A DNA stretch of 64,000 nucleotides from Alphaproteobacteria bacterium (GCA_020049775.1 JAGVLO010000013.1:37256-101255); one strand, 5' to 3'. Counted from the stretch's first letter, positions 6,714 to 18,193 are shown. Made by a program: numbers and translations. The notes: a model not told the origin generated them from the sequence alone.

Positions 6714-7652
6714 TTATAAAAATATTCCAAAGAAGCAAAACAACAAGACATGCAGCACAAAAAACGCCCGCAATGCGCGGCCAACATGGGCATGCGTTAT
6801 CTTGGCTGTACCTGCGCCAATCCAGCCTTCATGTACGTAAGCCGACGACTGTCCACCGAGGCATAGACTCAATACGGACGCAGCGGCAAGGATAGATAAA
6901 TCTTGCGGGGATTCGCCAAATACACCGTTTTTTACCTGCTCTGCCGCGCTGTAAACATTGGCGGAAGGAAGCACGATTGCCACCACCAGCCACAGCCCCG
7001 CCGCAATACGCGAGGGAATATAATGCAATATATGGTGCAACTTGCGGCTGGCGCGTCCGAACGCCTCTTCGCTTTCCGTAGGCCGCACGAGTGTTTCCTG
7101 CAGCAGGTAAACGGTTTTGCTCAAACACAGGCCCGGCAAGCCAAACAGCACATAAAATAAAACCGGCGCTACAATTTTTTCTGAAAAATGCACCGCCAGC
7201 ATTTCCACGCCCGCACGCCCAAGCCCAAATTCATCAAGCAGCGGATGATGCTTCCACACTGTATATTCCAACGACTGGCGTGCAGCAGAGATATTGCCGT
7301 CCTTCAATCCACGGCGCAAGCCATTCACCGTATCCCATGTCGAACGGAAAGGCAGCAGGCAAGCCAGCAAACTCAGCTCGAGTATGGGCAGCGCCCCCGA
7401 CAATGCAAGCGTCAACAGCGAACCGACAATCAGCGCCGCCAATAATGCAAAAAGGGCGAATAGCCAGCCACGCGTTTCACGCTCCTGAACACTGCGGTTT
7501 TCACGGTTAAGTTTGCGCTCAAAAAGCCGCACCCACTGTGTAGGTATGCGGCCAATGCGCACTAGCCCCAGCGCCGCATAAAAGCGCCGTGGTCCGCCTA
7601 AGAAAGCGTTGAGCGCCAGTGCGCCCAGTATCAGCAGTATCCGATCACCCAT
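6714..7652 (-). CDS. cobD: CobD/CbiB-family membrane protein (adenosylcobinamide-phosphate synthase-like)
   Basis: Polytopic membrane protein with CobD/CbiB-like layout (N-terminal LNAFLGGP region, conserved charged loops). Start set to MGDRILL (7652) rather than ORF-track 7778. No other cob genes are nearby. Confidence 0.55.
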   Translation of the reverse strand: MGDRILLILGALALNAFLGGPRRFYAALGLVRIGRIPTQWVRLFERKLNRENRSVQERETRGWLFALFALLAALIVGSLLTLALSGALPILELSLLACLLPFRSTWDTVNGLRRGLKDGNISAARQSLEYTVWKHHPLLDEFGLGRAGVEMLAVHFSEKIVAPVLFYVLFGLPGLCLSKTVYLLQETLVRPTESEEAFGRASRKLHHILHYIPSRIAAGLWLVVAIVLPSANVYSAAEQVKNGVFGESPQDLSILAAASVLSLCLGGQSSAYVHEGWIGAGTAKITHAHVGRALRAFFVLHVLLFCFFGIFL

Positions 7653-7753
7653 GTCTTTGTACCGCTTTTGCCATATACCATTTTTCCTAAATTTCAGATG
7701 GCCCTTATTTCCGGATGATGCCACTATAACAGCCCGTAACCAATTGTCACATA

Positions 7754-8635
7754 GTGATGAACAACCCCTCACAGACACTCAGTGATCGCCTGTTGGCGCT
7801 TCCCTCCCTAAAGACCGTCATCAATGCGTTCGGGCTGGATGCGCGTAAATCGCTGGGGCAGCATTTCCTGCTCGATACACGCATCACCGACAAAATCGCC
7901 CGCTATGCCGGAGATCTGAGGGATTTCAACGTTATCGAAATCGGCCCTGGCCCGGGCGGATTGACACGCTCGCTGCTCGCTGCCGGATGCAGGCATCTGG
8001 TGGTGGTGGAAAAAGACGACCGCTGCCTCGCGGCACTAGCGCAAATAAAAGAAATCGCCGGCGACAGGATGGAAATAATCCACGGCGATGCCATGGAGTT
8101 TGACCCTGTAGCATCGGTCCCCGCGCCGCGCAAAATTATAGCCAACCTGCCCTATAATGTCGGCACACCACTTCTGGTGCGGTGGCTGGGCATGGTCGCA
8201 GAGCAGGGCAATAGCGCGTTCGATTCACTAACGCTGATGTTCCAGAAAGAAGTGGCCGAGCGCATTGTCGCCGAGCCAGGCAACAAGGATTTCGGCAGGC
8301 TGGCGGTTCTCTGCCAGTGGCTGTGCGAATGCCGCTATGATTTTGAGCTGCCGCCCGGCGCTTTCTCGCCGCCACCCAAGGTCAGCTCGGCGGTGGTGAC
8401 ACTAAGCCCAAGAAAAGAAAAACTGGTGGATGTATCGCAGGACGCGCTGGAGATGGTCATGGCCAAGGCCTTCGGCCAGCGGCGCAAAATGCTGCGCTCG
8501 GCACTTAAAGGGCTGGCTGTACCAGCTGACGTACTTCTGGAAAAATCGGGCATCGACGGCAGCAAGCGTGCCGAACAGCTGGACGTTATGACGCTGTGCA
8601 AGCTAGCGCAGGTGTATGAAAAAATAAGGCGCTAA
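7754..8635 (+). CDS. rsmA: 16S rRNA (adenine1518/1519-N6)-dimethyltransferase
   Basis: KSLGQHFL motif, SAM-binding VIEIGPGPGGLT, and NLPYNV motif. Confidence 0.9.
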   Translation: MMNNPSQTLSDRLLALPSLKTVINAFGLDARKSLGQHFLLDTRITDKIARYAGDLRDFNVIEIGPGPGGLTRSLLAAGCRHLVVVEKDDRCLAALAQIKEIAGDRMEIIHGDAMEFDPVASVPAPRKIIANLPYNVGTPLLVRWLGMVAEQGNSAFDSLTLMFQKEVAERIVAEPGNKDFGRLAVLCQWLCECRYDFELPPGAFSPPPKVSSAVVTLSPRKEKLVDVSQDALEMVMAKAFGQRRKMLRSALKGLAVPADVLLEKSGIDGSKRAEQLDVMTLCKLAQVYEKIRR

Positions 8636-9285
8636 AGGCTATCCACAAACTCGGCCATGCCTGATTGACGCACGCGCTTTAATCGCTCGGCCTTGAGGAT
8701 GGTATCGATTTTTTCCAGCGTTTCGTCGAGGTTCTGGTTAATCAGCACATAGTCATATTCCTGCCAGTGGCTGATTTCATTGAACGCCTTGCTCATGCGT
8801 TTTTTGACCACTTCGTCGCTGTCCTGCGCACGCGCTTTCAGGCGGCGCTCCAGCTCTGTCATGGACGGCGGCAGAATAAACACACTGACTAAATCATCGC
8901 GGCTTTTGGAGGCCAGCTGGCGCGTTCCCTGCCAATCAATGTCAAACAGCACATCCACCCCGCGCTCGATATGCTCACGCACAAAACCAGCGGGAGTGCC
9001 GTAATTATATTCAAACACCTGCGCATATTCGAGCATCTCGCCTTTTTTCACCATGTCCTTATATTGCGCATCATTGACGAAAAAATAATCGCGGCCATGC
9101 TCTTCACCCGGGCGGGGAGGGCGCGTGGTCACCGATACAGACATCACAAGCGTTTCGTGCGCTTCGGCATTATTGTATTGCTCGCGCAGCTGGCGCGACA
9201 ATGTCGTCTTGCCTGCGCCCGAAGGCGAGGAAAGAATAAACATCAACCCGCGGCGCTTAAGCTCTACTTTCTGCTGAAGCGACAT
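8632..9285 (-). CDS. gmk: Guanylate kinase
   Basis: P-loop SSPSGAGKTT and the TTRPPRPGE motif. Convergent 4-nt overlap with rsmA. Confidence 0.9.
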   Translation of the reverse strand: MSLQQKVELKRRGLMFILSSPSGAGKTTLSRQLREQYNNAEAHETLVMSVSVTTRPPRPGEEHGRDYFFVNDAQYKDMVKKGEMLEYAQVFEYNYGTPAGFVREHIERGVDVLFDIDWQGTRQLASKSRDDLVSVFILPPSMTELERRLKARAQDSDEVVKKRMSKAFNEISHWQEYDYVLINQNLDETLEKIDTILKAERLKRVRQSGMAEFVDSL

Positions 9286-9298
9286 GTGTTTCTCTTCC

Positions 9299-9916
9299 TT
9301 ATTTCAGCGCTTCCGTGAGCTGGCGCAGCAATTCTTTTTCGCCCGCGTCATAAGCCACGGCATTGATGAATACGCCGTCCTTGCCCATCAGATACACATA
9401 GCCGGAGTGATCCACCATGTAATCATTGGCAGTAGTAGCGCCGGTCGCCTTGGCGTAATAGGCGCGGTACACGCCCGCAGCCTGCTTTACCTGCTCCAGC
9501 GTTCCAGTCAGGCCGATAATGCGCTTGTCAAAATTGGCGAGGTATTTGGCGATCACCTCCGGCGTGTCGCGCTCGGGGTCCACCGAAATGAATATAGGGG
9601 CGACCTGTGCGGCCTTTGCCTCATCGATCTGCGACAGCAGTTTGGTATATGCCGCCATGGTGGTCGGACACATGTCGGGGCAATGGGTGAAGCCAAAAAA
9701 CACCATCATGACGCGCCCACGGAAATCCGTATCGCTCACGGCTTTGCCTGTAGCATCGGTCAGCGCAAAACTGCCACCAATCTGTGCCGTAGGCTCTTCT
9801 TTACCGAGAAAAGCAGCCAGCTGTGCGCGCTGACTGGTGCGATCGCCGGTCAGTAAAATCATAATGCTGGTAAATACCAGCAGAAGGATAGTCAGTAATA
9901 TAAAAAATTTCTTCAT
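9299..9916 (-). CDS. SCO1/SenC copper chaperone (thioredoxin fold)
   Basis: N-terminal TM anchor. Motifs FGFTHCPDMCPTT and DHSGYVYL. Confidence 0.85.
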   Translation of the reverse strand: MKKFFILLTILLLVFTSIMILLTGDRTSQRAQLAAFLGKEEPTAQIGGSFALTDATGKAVSDTDFRGRVMMVFFGFTHCPDMCPTTMAAYTKLLSQIDEAKAAQVAPIFISVDPERDTPEVIAKYLANFDKRIIGLTGTLEQVKQAAGVYRAYYAKATGATTANDYMVDHSGYVYLMGKDGVFINAVAYDAGEKELLRQLTEALK

Positions 9917-10088
9917 ATATCAGTATCTTGTTTTCTTTTTTACTTGAATATTAGTGGCTGAATAAAGGTTAAATTACAGAGGAAATAATGGTTAATTTTA
10001 GAAGAGTCTCGGCTTAGTTATTGTATTTATTTGAATTTTAACGTCATTTGGGTTAACATATTACTGTAAGCAGGTAAGGGTTTTAGCG

Positions 10089-10805
10089 ATGTTACCACCA
10101 GCTGTTTCCAGCACTGTTAGCTATATCCCCCCCCAGGTAGCGCTTGTCAACACAGCCATGCCGGGGAGCGATGCCGCGCGCGTCCCGTATGACAATGTTG
10201 CACCCACTGTTTCTAACGTGCAAATCGACAATAATGCAAGAGGCAATAATACTTACGCCTCGGCTATAGCAGCAAATGCACTGGCAGAAACCGGTAGTAA
10301 TTTTGAACTCGGCAGCCCGTCAATGCGCTCCGGCTCGCCGCTTGGCATGCCCACGGCCTTTCTTGCGCAGCTGTTGGGCCAGAGCCTGTCAGCGGAAATG
10401 GACAGCATTACCCAGAGCCTGCTGGTCGAATACGAAAAACTCGTGTTCCTGAGCAATGTGAAATACAAGCCAAGCAACGCGTTTAAGCCGCCACCGGCAC
10501 CATTGAGTATTTTTGACGGAGTATTGCGCGAAACGCGCGCTCAGAACCGAGAATCCGTGGCCAGCGAACCCGTACCTGATGAAACACAACCCATAGCCAT
10601 AACACCCGCCTTGCAGCGCAGCGGCAGGCTGACGCAAGCCAGCGCGCCTGCTGATATTCCTGTGGACGCTCCCGCTGATATTCCGGTGCGACCCTTGTCT
10701 GACAATAGCCGGCCGCCTGCCAATATCGGCCTTTCTGCTTACGGCGCTACCAGCAGCCGTAATGACGCCATCGGCAGTGAAGATACGGTAATTGATCTAG
10801 CGTGA
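10089..10805 (+). CDS. Hypothetical low-complexity protein (238 aa)
   Basis: Only sizeable ORF in this gap. Ser/Ala/Pro-rich with an internal APADIPV-DAPADIPV repeat. Coding status is uncertain. Confidence 0.35.
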   Translation: MLPPAVSSTVSYIPPQVALVNTAMPGSDAARVPYDNVAPTVSNVQIDNNARGNNTYASAIAANALAETGSNFELGSPSMRSGSPLGMPTAFLAQLLGQSLSAEMDSITQSLLVEYEKLVFLSNVKYKPSNAFKPPPAPLSIFDGVLRETRAQNRESVASEPVPDETQPIAITPALQRSGRLTQASAPADIPVDAPADIPVRPLSDNSRPPANIGLSAYGATSSRNDAIGSEDTVIDLA

Positions 10806-11330
10806 AAAAAGAATACGGCCCTGCATCAGCTGTTCGGCTGATTGGCCTGCTAGCGCTTCCGACACGGATTGCGCATAACCCTGCCATGCTGACAGGATAG
10901 ACGTTTCCGGCGCCTTATCACGGTATATATTGCGGCTGATGGCCTCGGTAATATCTCCCGCTGCCAATGCCTCGTTGTAAGCCTTCAGGCGGCCGTAGAA
11001 GGCCTGTGCCATCTTGTTTATGCGCTTGCCAACGCCGGTGTCGCTGGCGCCCAGCTCGCGCAGACTACGGTCCATATCGGAAAAGAATACTTCCGATAAT
11101 ACACGGATAAATTCTTTAACCCGTGGAGCCTGCGGCTCCTTTTCCAGCCGTGCAATTACCATGCATACATGTAGCACGATGACATCAAAGCGCCCGTCGA
11201 GCGTGTCTTCTACTTTCCAGTCACGAAAAAAGCGCACATCACGCGCCTGCGAAACAACAGCTACATAGGCCTCGTGTGCCTGCTGTTGCACCGGATCGGG
11301 CGTAAAAAGTTTTTTGATGGCAGAAAGCAT
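10797..11330 (-). CDS. Ubiquinol-cytochrome c chaperone (Cbp3-like) family protein
   Basis: 177-aa protein with the family pattern DTLDGRFDVIVLHVCMV...FFSDMDRSLRELG. Confidence 0.6.
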   Translation of the reverse strand: MLSAIKKLFTPDPVQQQAHEAYVAVVSQARDVRFFRDWKVEDTLDGRFDVIVLHVCMVIARLEKEPQAPRVKEFIRVLSEVFFSDMDRSLRELGASDTGVGKRINKMAQAFYGRLKAYNEALAAGDITEAISRNIYRDKAPETSILSAWQGYAQSVSEALAGQSAEQLMQGRILFSR

Positions 11331-12259
11331 TAGTGGGTTCCGGATGCTTCCGGCTCGGTCATTGCCTTTTGCAGTTTCTCGAACGCACGCACTTCAATCT
11401 GGCGCACACGCTCGCGGGATATGCCGTAATCCTGGCTTAAGTCTTCCAGCGTATCGGGATCGTCTTTCAGGCGGCGGCGCTCGATAATGGCGCGTTCGCG
11501 GTCAGACAATGTCATCAGCGCGCGGCCAAGCGATGCCTGACGTGTACTCATTTCCTGACGGTTGGCCAACACCACTTCCTGATTGTCATCAAGAGAGGGC
11601 AGGAAATCGATTTTCTCGTTTTCGCTATCACCTGATACGGCAGAATTCAGGTACACGTCCTTGCCGGACATGCGTTGGTCCATATCCAGCACGTCTTCGC
11701 GGCTGACATCGAGTATGCGGGCGATATCGCCGACCTGTTCATGGCTCAGGCCATGTTCGGCCATGCCGCTATGCGCGCCAATCTTTTGTTTGATCTTGCG
11801 CAGGTTGAAGAACAGGCGCTTCTGCGCGGCGCTAGAACCAATCTTCACCAGCGACCATGAGCGCAATACATATTCCTGAATGGAGGCGCGTATCCACCAG
11901 ATGGCATAGGTAGAAAGGCGGAAGCCCTTGCTCGGGTCAAAACGCTTCACCGCTTGCATCATGCCGATATTGCCTTCGGAAATCAGCTCACCTATCGGCA
12001 AGCCGTAACCGCGATACTTAAACGCAATCTTGGCAACAAGGCGCAAATGGCTGGTAACCAGACGGTGTGCAGCCTCAAGATCACCATGCTCATGCCAGCG
12101 GCGCGACAAAGCCTGCTCTTCTTTAAGTTCGAGCATAGGGAACTGCGCAATTTCCTGAAGGTAACGGCGCAGATTATCTTCAGGCGAAACCGCCACTGGC
12201 AATGCCAGCGCTTGTGCCTGAGGTTTTTTGCGTGCGTTATAGGTCATGTCCTCGTCCAT
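11330..12259 (-). CDS. rpoH: RNA polymerase sigma-32 factor
   Basis: Regions 2-4 of sigma-70 family, including LVTSHLRLVAKIAFKYRGYGLP, STYAIWWIRASIQEY and the RpoH-box-like QRKLFFNLRK. The true start may be the ATG 12 nt downstream. Confidence 0.9.
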   Translation of the reverse strand: MDEDMTYNARKKPQAQALALPVAVSPEDNLRRYLQEIAQFPMLELKEEQALSRRWHEHGDLEAAHRLVTSHLRLVAKIAFKYRGYGLPIGELISEGNIGMMQAVKRFDPSKGFRLSTYAIWWIRASIQEYVLRSWSLVKIGSSAAQKRLFFNLRKIKQKIGAHSGMAEHGLSHEQVGDIARILDVSREDVLDMDQRMSGKDVYLNSAVSGDSENEKIDFLPSLDDNQEVVLANRQEMSTRQASLGRALMTLSDRERAIIERRRLKDDPDTLEDLSQDYGISRERVRQIEVRAFEKLQKAMTEPEASGTH

Positions 12260-12432
12260 AGCTTATGTTTTTTTCATGTACTAATATTATAGTGCAGGTG
12301 CGGCCATTTTCAATGGGTGTACACTATATTATATATCAATGGGTTATGCAAGCGCCAACGGCGACTTAACAGTGTAATGCTAGCATGGCTGTCCGGCCAG
12401 TGCCTTGATGCTGGTCAAAGTCATTGTTTTTA

Positions 12433-13821
12433 TTAAATATGAATGGCGCGGCCTAATACCGCCAACGCCGCTTCTTTCACCGATTCATTGAGTGTCGGGT
12501 GGGCATGGCAGGTGCGCGCAATGTCTTCCGACGATGCGCCGTATTCCATGGCCAGCACAGCTTCGGCAATCAGCGTGCCCGCATCGGGACCGATGATATG
12601 CACGCCAAGCACGCGGTCGGATTTAGCGTCTGCGATGATTTTTACAAAGCCGTCTGTCTGCCCGACGGCGCGGCCACGGCTGTTGGCCATGAAGGGGAAC
12701 TTGCCGATTTTATACTGCACGCCTGCGGCTTTCACTTCTTCTTCCGTTTTGCCGACGCTGGCAATTTCCGGCCATGTATAGACCACGCTCGGAATGGCAT
12801 CGTAATAGACGTGACCCTTCTGGCCGGCCATGCATTCGGCGGCGGCCATGCCTTCGTCTTCCGCCTTGTGCGCGAGCATCGGGCCTGCGATTACATCGCC
12901 GATAGCATAAATACCGGGAAACGACGTTTCGAAATGATTATTGACCGGAATGCGGCCGCGCTCATCAAGTGCAATGCCGACCTTCTCCAGACCCAGCCCC
13001 TGCGTGTACGGCCTGCGGCCAATCGCCACCAGCACCACATCGCCAGAAAGGGTTTCCTTGTCGCCGCCTTTGGCTGGCTCGAGTGTAAGTGATACTTGTT
13101 TGCCCTTGGTATCAGCCGCCACCACCTTGGTGGAAAGCTTGAATACGAAGCCCTGCTTTTCGAGAATGCGCTGGAACTGCTTAGACACTTCACCGTCCAT
13201 GACGCCGCCGACGCGGTCTAGGAATTCTACCACGGTGATTTTTGCGCCAAGCCTGCGCCAGACCGAGCCAAGCTCAAGACCGATAACGCCGCCGCCCACC
13301 ACCACCAGATGCTCCGGCACTTTGTCCAGTTCCAGCGCGCCCGTGGACGACACGATTTTCTTTTCATCAATGGCAACGCCGGGTAATGGCGTTACGTCCG
13401 AGCCGGTGGCTATCAGGATTTTCTTGGTCTTCAGCACATCCTTGCCATCGACCAGCACTTCCGTAGCTGATTTCAGGCTGCCCTTGCCCTTTACGTACGT
13501 CACCTTGTTTTTCTTGAACAATCCTTCGATGCCTTTGGTCAAATCCAGCACCACCTTGTCCTTGCGGCCCATCATGGTTTTTAGGTCGAGCTCTACTTTT
13601 GCCTTGATGCCGTGCTCGGCAAAATGTTGGCTGGCTTCCTCGAATTTTTCCGAAGAATCGAGCAGCGCCTTGGAAGGAATGCAGCCAACATTCAGGCACG
13701 TGCCGCCGAGTGTGCCACGCATTTCCACGCAGGCAACGTTCATGCCCAGCTGTGCGGCGCGTATCGCGGCCACATAACCACCAGGCCCGCCACCAATAAC
13801 TACCAGATCATATTCAGACAT
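12433..13821 (-). CDS. lpdA: Dihydrolipoyl dehydrogenase (E3)
   Basis: GGGPGGY FAD motif, redox-active CLNVGCIPSK, and C-terminal HAHPT. Confidence 0.95.
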   Translation of the reverse strand: MSEYDLVVIGGGPGGYVAAIRAAQLGMNVACVEMRGTLGGTCLNVGCIPSKALLDSSEKFEEASQHFAEHGIKAKVELDLKTMMGRKDKVVLDLTKGIEGLFKKNKVTYVKGKGSLKSATEVLVDGKDVLKTKKILIATGSDVTPLPGVAIDEKKIVSSTGALELDKVPEHLVVVGGGVIGLELGSVWRRLGAKITVVEFLDRVGGVMDGEVSKQFQRILEKQGFVFKLSTKVVAADTKGKQVSLTLEPAKGGDKETLSGDVVLVAIGRRPYTQGLGLEKVGIALDERGRIPVNNHFETSFPGIYAIGDVIAGPMLAHKAEDEGMAAAECMAGQKGHVYYDAIPSVVYTWPEIASVGKTEEEVKAAGVQYKIGKFPFMANSRGRAVGQTDGFVKIIADAKSDRVLGVHIIGPDAGTLIAEAVLAMEYGASSEDIARTCHAHPTLNESVKEAALAVLGRAIHI

Positions 13822-14044
13822 TTTTTATCTCTTTAAGCATTTCAATGATTTTTTGCTGATTCAAAATATGTTTTCGACAGAAATCAACCTTGAAGAAAAC
13901 ATATGGAATTACTGCCAGACCGATACCAATAGCCGCCGCCGCTACTCCGCCTCCAGTAACCACACCGAGAATTAAAATAACAAAACCAATAAAGGCGAGA
14001 GACTTCGTCCCCGTATAACCTTTGAGTTCAAATTCGTCTTTCAT
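13814..14044 (-). CDS. Small hydrophobic protein (76 aa) wedged between sucB and lpdA
   Basis: AT-rich ORF with two predicted TM stretches (LAFIGFVILILGVV, AAAIGIGLAVIPYVFF). Its stop overlaps the lpdA start by 8 nt. Confidence 0.45.
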   Translation of the reverse strand: MKDEFELKGYTGTKSLAFIGFVILILGVVTGGGVAAAAIGIGLAVIPYVFFKVDFCRKHILNQQKIIEMLKEIKNV

Positions 14045-14055
14045 AAAACAAGCTA

Positions 14056-15249
14056 CTAAAGCCCGAGCAGCAGGCGGCGCGGATCTTCGATGGCTTCCTT
14101 CACACGCACGAGGAAGGTTACCGATTCCTTGCCGTCGATGATGCGGTGGTCATAGGACAGCGCCACATACATCATCGGGCGGATGACGACCTGACCCTTA
14201 AGGGCAATCGGGCGTTCTTCCGTTTTATGCATGCCGAGAATGCCGGATTGCGGCGGGTTGATGATGGGGGTGGCCATCAGCGAGCCATAGACGCCGCCGT
14301 TGGACACAGTGAACGTGCCGCCGGTCATGTCGCCCATGGTCAAGCTGCCATCACGCGCTTTTTTGGCAAGGCGGGCGATTTCGGCCTCCACTTCCATGAT
14401 GCTCATCTGATCGGCATTGCGCACGACAGGAACAACAAGACCCTGATCCGTGCCCACGGCCACGCCGACATCGCAATAATTCTTATAGACGATTTCATCG
14501 CCTTCAATGGTGGCGTTAACTGCCGGAATTTCCTTCAGCGCCTGACACGCCGCCTTCACGAAGAAGCCCATGAAACCAAGGCGCATGTTGTATTTTTTCT
14601 CGAACGCATCTTTGAAATCATTGCGCATGGCAATCACGTTGCTCATGTCGATTTCGTTGAAGGTGGTGAGGATAGCGGCAGTGTTCTGCGAATCCTTGAG
14701 GCGCTTGGCAATCACCTGACGCATCTTGGACATTTTCACGCGCTCTTCCTTGCGGCCAGTTGCAGCGGATGCTGCCGGAGTGGAAACACCGGAGGATGCA
14801 GCGGAAAGCACATCACCCTTGGTGAGGCGGCCATCTTTGCCGGTGGCAGGAATGGTGGAGGGGTTCAGGCCCATTTCATCGAGCATCTTGCGCACGGCGG
14901 GCGGGTTCTGCATATCGGCTTTAGCGACCTGCGGAGCAGGAGCAGCGGGAGCGGCCGCTTTGGCAGCAGGAGCTGGTGTAGCCACTTTTCCAGAATTTTG
15001 GGCGCCAACAGCGCCTACTTCGATAAGGCCGAGCAATGCTCCGACCTCAACGGTTTTGCCTTCAGCGATTTTAATGTCTTTGAGCTTACCGGCAGCAGGC
15101 GCGTTGACCTCAAGCGTTACCTTGTCGGTTTCCAGCTCAATCAGCGGCTCGTCCTGTGCGACGGCATCACCGATTTTCTTGAACCATTTGGCAACGGTTG
15201 CTTCACTGACGGATTCGCCAAGGGAAGGAACAACAATTTCTCCGGCCAT
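14056..15249 (-). CDS. sucB: Dihydrolipoamide succinyltransferase (E2 of 2-oxoglutarate dehydrogenase)
   Basis: Lipoyl domain ([10 protein letters not shown]), Ala/Pro linker, and catalytic [10 protein letters not shown]. Confidence 0.95.
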   Translation of the reverse strand: MAGEIVVPSLGESVSEATVAKWFKKIGDAVAQDEPLIELETDKVTLEVNAPAAGKLKDIKIAEGKTVEVGALLGLIEVGAVGAQNSGKVATPAPAAKAAAPAAPAPQVAKADMQNPPAVRKMLDEMGLNPSTIPATGKDGRLTKGDVLSAASSGVSTPAASAATGRKEERVKMSKMRQVIAKRLKDSQNTAAILTTFNEIDMSNVIAMRNDFKDAFEKKYNMRLGFMGFFVKAACQALKEIPAVNATIEGDEIVYKNYCDVGVAVGTDQGLVVPVVRNADQMSIMEVEAEIARLAKKARDGSLTMGDMTGGTFTVSNGGVYGSLMATPIINPPQSGILGMHKTEERPIALKGQVVIRPMMYVALSYDHRIIDGKESVTFLVRVKEAIEDPRRLLLGL

Positions 15250-15268
15250 TGTATTTAGCTCCTGTATC

Positions 15269-18169
15269 TTATGCTTTAGCGGCTTTTAAAGTGGTTTTGG
15301 ATGGTTGCAAAGCCGTATCAACCAGCTGTTTCTGTTCACGCTCATGGATCTTGAGGTAACCGGCAGCAGGCGAGGCGGCTTCAGGGCGGCCAGCATAGCG
15401 CAAGCGGTCGCTGCGGCCAAGGCTTTCCATTACATCCTCAATACGCGAGGCAACGAAATACCATGCGCCCATATTCTGCGGCTCTTCCTGACACCAGACG
15501 ATTTCGGCGTTCTTGTAACGCACCAGTTCGGCCTTCAGTTCACGCACGGGGAAGGGGTAATACTGCTCCATGCGGATGATGGCGATGTCGTCAATCTTGC
15601 GTTCCTGCCTTGCCTCGTACAGGTCGTAATACACCTTGCCGGAGGTAATGACCACGCGCTGGATTTTTTCGTCTTTCTGAAGTTTTTCCGACTCCGGAAT
15701 CACGCGCCAGAAGCTCGTACCCTTGGCCATGTCGTCAAGGCTGGAAATGGCCAGCTTGTGACGCAGCAGCGATTTGGGCGTCATAACAATAAGTGGCTTG
15801 CGGAACTTGCGCTTCAATTGGCGGCGCAGCACATGGAAATAGTTGGCGGGTGTGGTGCAGTTGACCACCTGCATATTGTCTTCGGCGCAGAGCTGCAAAT
15901 AGCGCTCTAAGCGCGCGCTGCTATGCTCCGGCCCTTGCCCCTCATAGCCGTGCGGCAGAAGCATGACAAGACCGGACATACGCAGCCACTTGGCTTCGCC
16001 CGATGAAATAAACTGGTCGATAATCACCTGCGCGCCGTTGGCGAAATCGCCGAACTGCGCTTCCCACAGCGTGAGGAAATTAGGACGGCCTAAGCTGTAG
16101 CCATATTCAAAACCGAGAATGGCGAATTCCGACAGCGAGCTGTCGATGACTTCATATTGCTGTTGTTCGCCGCCAAGGTTATTGAGCGGCAGGTAGCGTT
16201 CTTCCGTTTCCTGATCCACCAGCACGGAGTGACGGTGCGAGAACGTGCCGCGGCCGCAATCCTGACCCGACAGGCGCACGCCCATGCCTTCCTTGAGCAA
16301 TGTACCAAATGCCAGCGCTTCGCCCATGGCCCAGTCAATGCCTTGTCCCGTTTCCATCATCTTGCGCTTGGCTTCCAGCTGGCGCAGGATTTTGGAATTG
16401 ACCTTGATATGTTCCGGCGCTTTGCCCAGCGCCATGCCGATTTCTTTCAGTTTCTTGATATCCACGCCGGTATCGCCCGCAGGATGCTCGCCCTTAGGCT
16501 TTTCATAGCCCGCCCACTGGCCTTCCAGCCAGTCAGCCTTGTTGGGCTTGAAATTCTTGGCAAGGTCATATTGCTGTTCAAAGAAAGTCTTGAATTCACC
16601 GAAGCGCGCGTCCACTTCCGCTTGCGTCACCGTGCCTTCTGCAACAAGGCGCTTGGAATAAATGTCGGCAGGCAGCGGGCGCTTGGCGATTTCGCGGTAC
16701 ATGAGCGGCTGTGTGAACATCGGTTCGTCAGATTCGTTATGTCCGTATTTGCGGTAGCAGAAAATATCCACCACGGCGTCACGTTTGAAAGTCTGGCGAA
16801 ATTCTACGGCAAGGCCGCACACATAAGCCACGGCTTCCGGATCATCGCCATTCACGTGGAAAATAGGCGCTTGCACGGATTTGGCCACGTCGGTCGGATA
16901 GGGAGTGAAGCGCGAATATTTCGGGCTGGTGGTAAAACCAATCTGGTTATTGACAATGATATGCACCGTGCCGCCCGTGCGGTAACCGCGCAACTCGGAA
17001 AGCGCCAGCACTTCCGACACAAGGCCTTGACCAGCAAAGGCAGCATCGCCATGCAGCATTACACCCATGACACTGCTCTTTTCATCGTCATTATTGATGT
17101 CAAGTTTGGCGCGCACCTTGCCCACCACCACCGGATCAACCGCCTCTAAATGCGAGGGGTTGGACGGCAGCGACAGATGCACCTTGCCGTCCGGTGTTTC
17201 GCGGTCAGATGAAGTGCCAAGATGATATTTCACGTCACCCGATGACGCCACCCACTCCGGAAAATCAAGATTGCCGTGGAAAATAGAAAGCAGCTCTGCG
17301 TAAGGCTTGCCCATGGTGGAGGTCAGCATATTCATGCGGCCGCGATGCGGCATGCCAACGATGATTTCCTTCACGCCAAACTTGGCGGCACGGTTGATAA
17401 TGGACTCCATGCCCACCAGCATCGAGTCGCCGCCCTGAATGGAAAAGCGCTTGGTACCCGGATATTTCACCTGCAAAAATTGCTCGAACGATTCCACTTC
17501 CAGAAGCGTAGTAAGGATATCTTTCTTGTCCTTGGTGTTATAACCCATTTCGCCGCGGTCCTGCTCGAAGCGTTTCTGAATCCACGCCTTCTGCTCGGGA
17601 TACTGGATATGCATGAATTCCACGCCGATATTGCCGCAGTAGGTCTGGCGCAGAATAGAAACGATTTCACGCAGCGGCGCTTTTTTGATGCCGAGCGATC
17701 CATCGAGGAAAATCTCGCGGTCCATGTCTTGCTCGCTAAAGCCGTAGGACGCCGGATCAAGCTCAGAGTGATGCGCGTTGACCTCAAGCCCGAGCGGGTC
17801 GAGATTGGCAATTAAATGCCCGCGCACGCGGTAGGCGCGCACCATCACGATAGCGCGGATGGAATCATGCGCAAATTTCTCGATGTCTGTCTGCGATATG
17901 CCAGCTGCCGCTGCGCCTGCTTTTTTATCTTTGCCGGAGGCGGGTTTTTCTTCCTGCGTTTCGACTGCGCCAATTACCTTGCTGGTGACCTGCGCCCACG
18001 ACGCCTTGCGCTGCGCTACCGAAGCGGCGCCATTGGTTGCCTGCTTGAAAAATTCGCGCCAGCTTGCATCCACCGATGCCGGATTGGTCAGGTAGCGTTC
18101 GTAGAGTTCTTCAATGAAGGTAGAGTTACCTGCAAAGAAAGGGGTCGTTGGTTCAAAATCCTGCGCCAT
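15269..18169 (-). CDS. sucA: 2-oxoglutarate dehydrogenase E1 component
   Basis: 966 aa with typical E1o motifs (GMPHRGRLN-like [20 protein letters not shown]). Confidence 0.95.
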   Translation of the reverse strand: MAQDFEPTTPFFAGNSTFIEELYERYLTNPASVDASWREFFKQATNGAASVAQRKASWAQVTSKVIGAVETQEEKPASGKDKKAGAAAAGISQTDIEKFAHDSIRAIVMVRAYRVRGHLIANLDPLGLEVNAHHSELDPASYGFSEQDMDREIFLDGSLGIKKAPLREIVSILRQTYCGNIGVEFMHIQYPEQKAWIQKRFEQDRGEMGYNTKDKKDILTTLLEVESFEQFLQVKYPGTKRFSIQGGDSMLVGMESIINRAAKFGVKEIIVGMPHRGRMNMLTSTMGKPYAELLSIFHGNLDFPEWVASSGDVKYHLGTSSDRETPDGKVHLSLPSNPSHLEAVDPVVVGKVRAKLDINNDDEKSSVMGVMLHGDAAFAGQGLVSEVLALSELRGYRTGGTVHIIVNNQIGFTTSPKYSRFTPYPTDVAKSVQAPIFHVNGDDPEAVAYVCGLAVEFRQTFKRDAVVDIFCYRKYGHNESDEPMFTQPLMYREIAKRPLPADIYSKRLVAEGTVTQAEVDARFGEFKTFFEQQYDLAKNFKPNKADWLEGQWAGYEKPKGEHPAGDTGVDIKKLKEIGMALGKAPEHIKVNSKILRQLEAKRKMMETGQGIDWAMGEALAFGTLLKEGMGVRLSGQDCGRGTFSHRHSVLVDQETEERYLPLNNLGGEQQQYEVIDSSLSEFAILGFEYGYSLGRPNFLTLWEAQFGDFANGAQVIIDQFISSGEAKWLRMSGLVMLLPHGYEGQGPEHSSARLERYLQLCAEDNMQVVNCTTPANYFHVLRRQLKRKFRKPLIVMTPKSLLRHKLAISSLDDMAKGTSFWRVIPESEKLQKDEKIQRVVITSGKVYYDLYEARQERKIDDIAIIRMEQYYPFPVRELKAELVRYKNAEIVWCQEEPQNMGAWYFVASRIEDVMESLGRSDRLRYAGRPEAASPAAGYLKIHEREQKQLVDTALQPSKTTLKAAKA

Positions 18170-18193
18170 AAACTTTGGTTTCCCAAAATGTGT

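Noticed and set aside
10648-10690. Short tandem-like repeats considered as possible CRISPR or minisatellite arrays: GCTGATATTCC twice at about 10650-10685, and CTCGATCGT about 2.8 times at 34232-34256.
   Set aside because: They are only two to three short copies inside coding sequence, encoding APADIPV and IETIETIE. They have no spacer-repeat architecture. No CRISPR array is present in this window.
14146-17149. Long antisense ORFs inside sucB, sucA and lpdA (for example 14146-15258 +, 16157-17149 +, 12941-13777 +).
   Set aside because: The opposite strand encodes unmistakable E1, E2 and E3 enzymes. The antisense frames have no motifs and are ordinary shadow ORFs.
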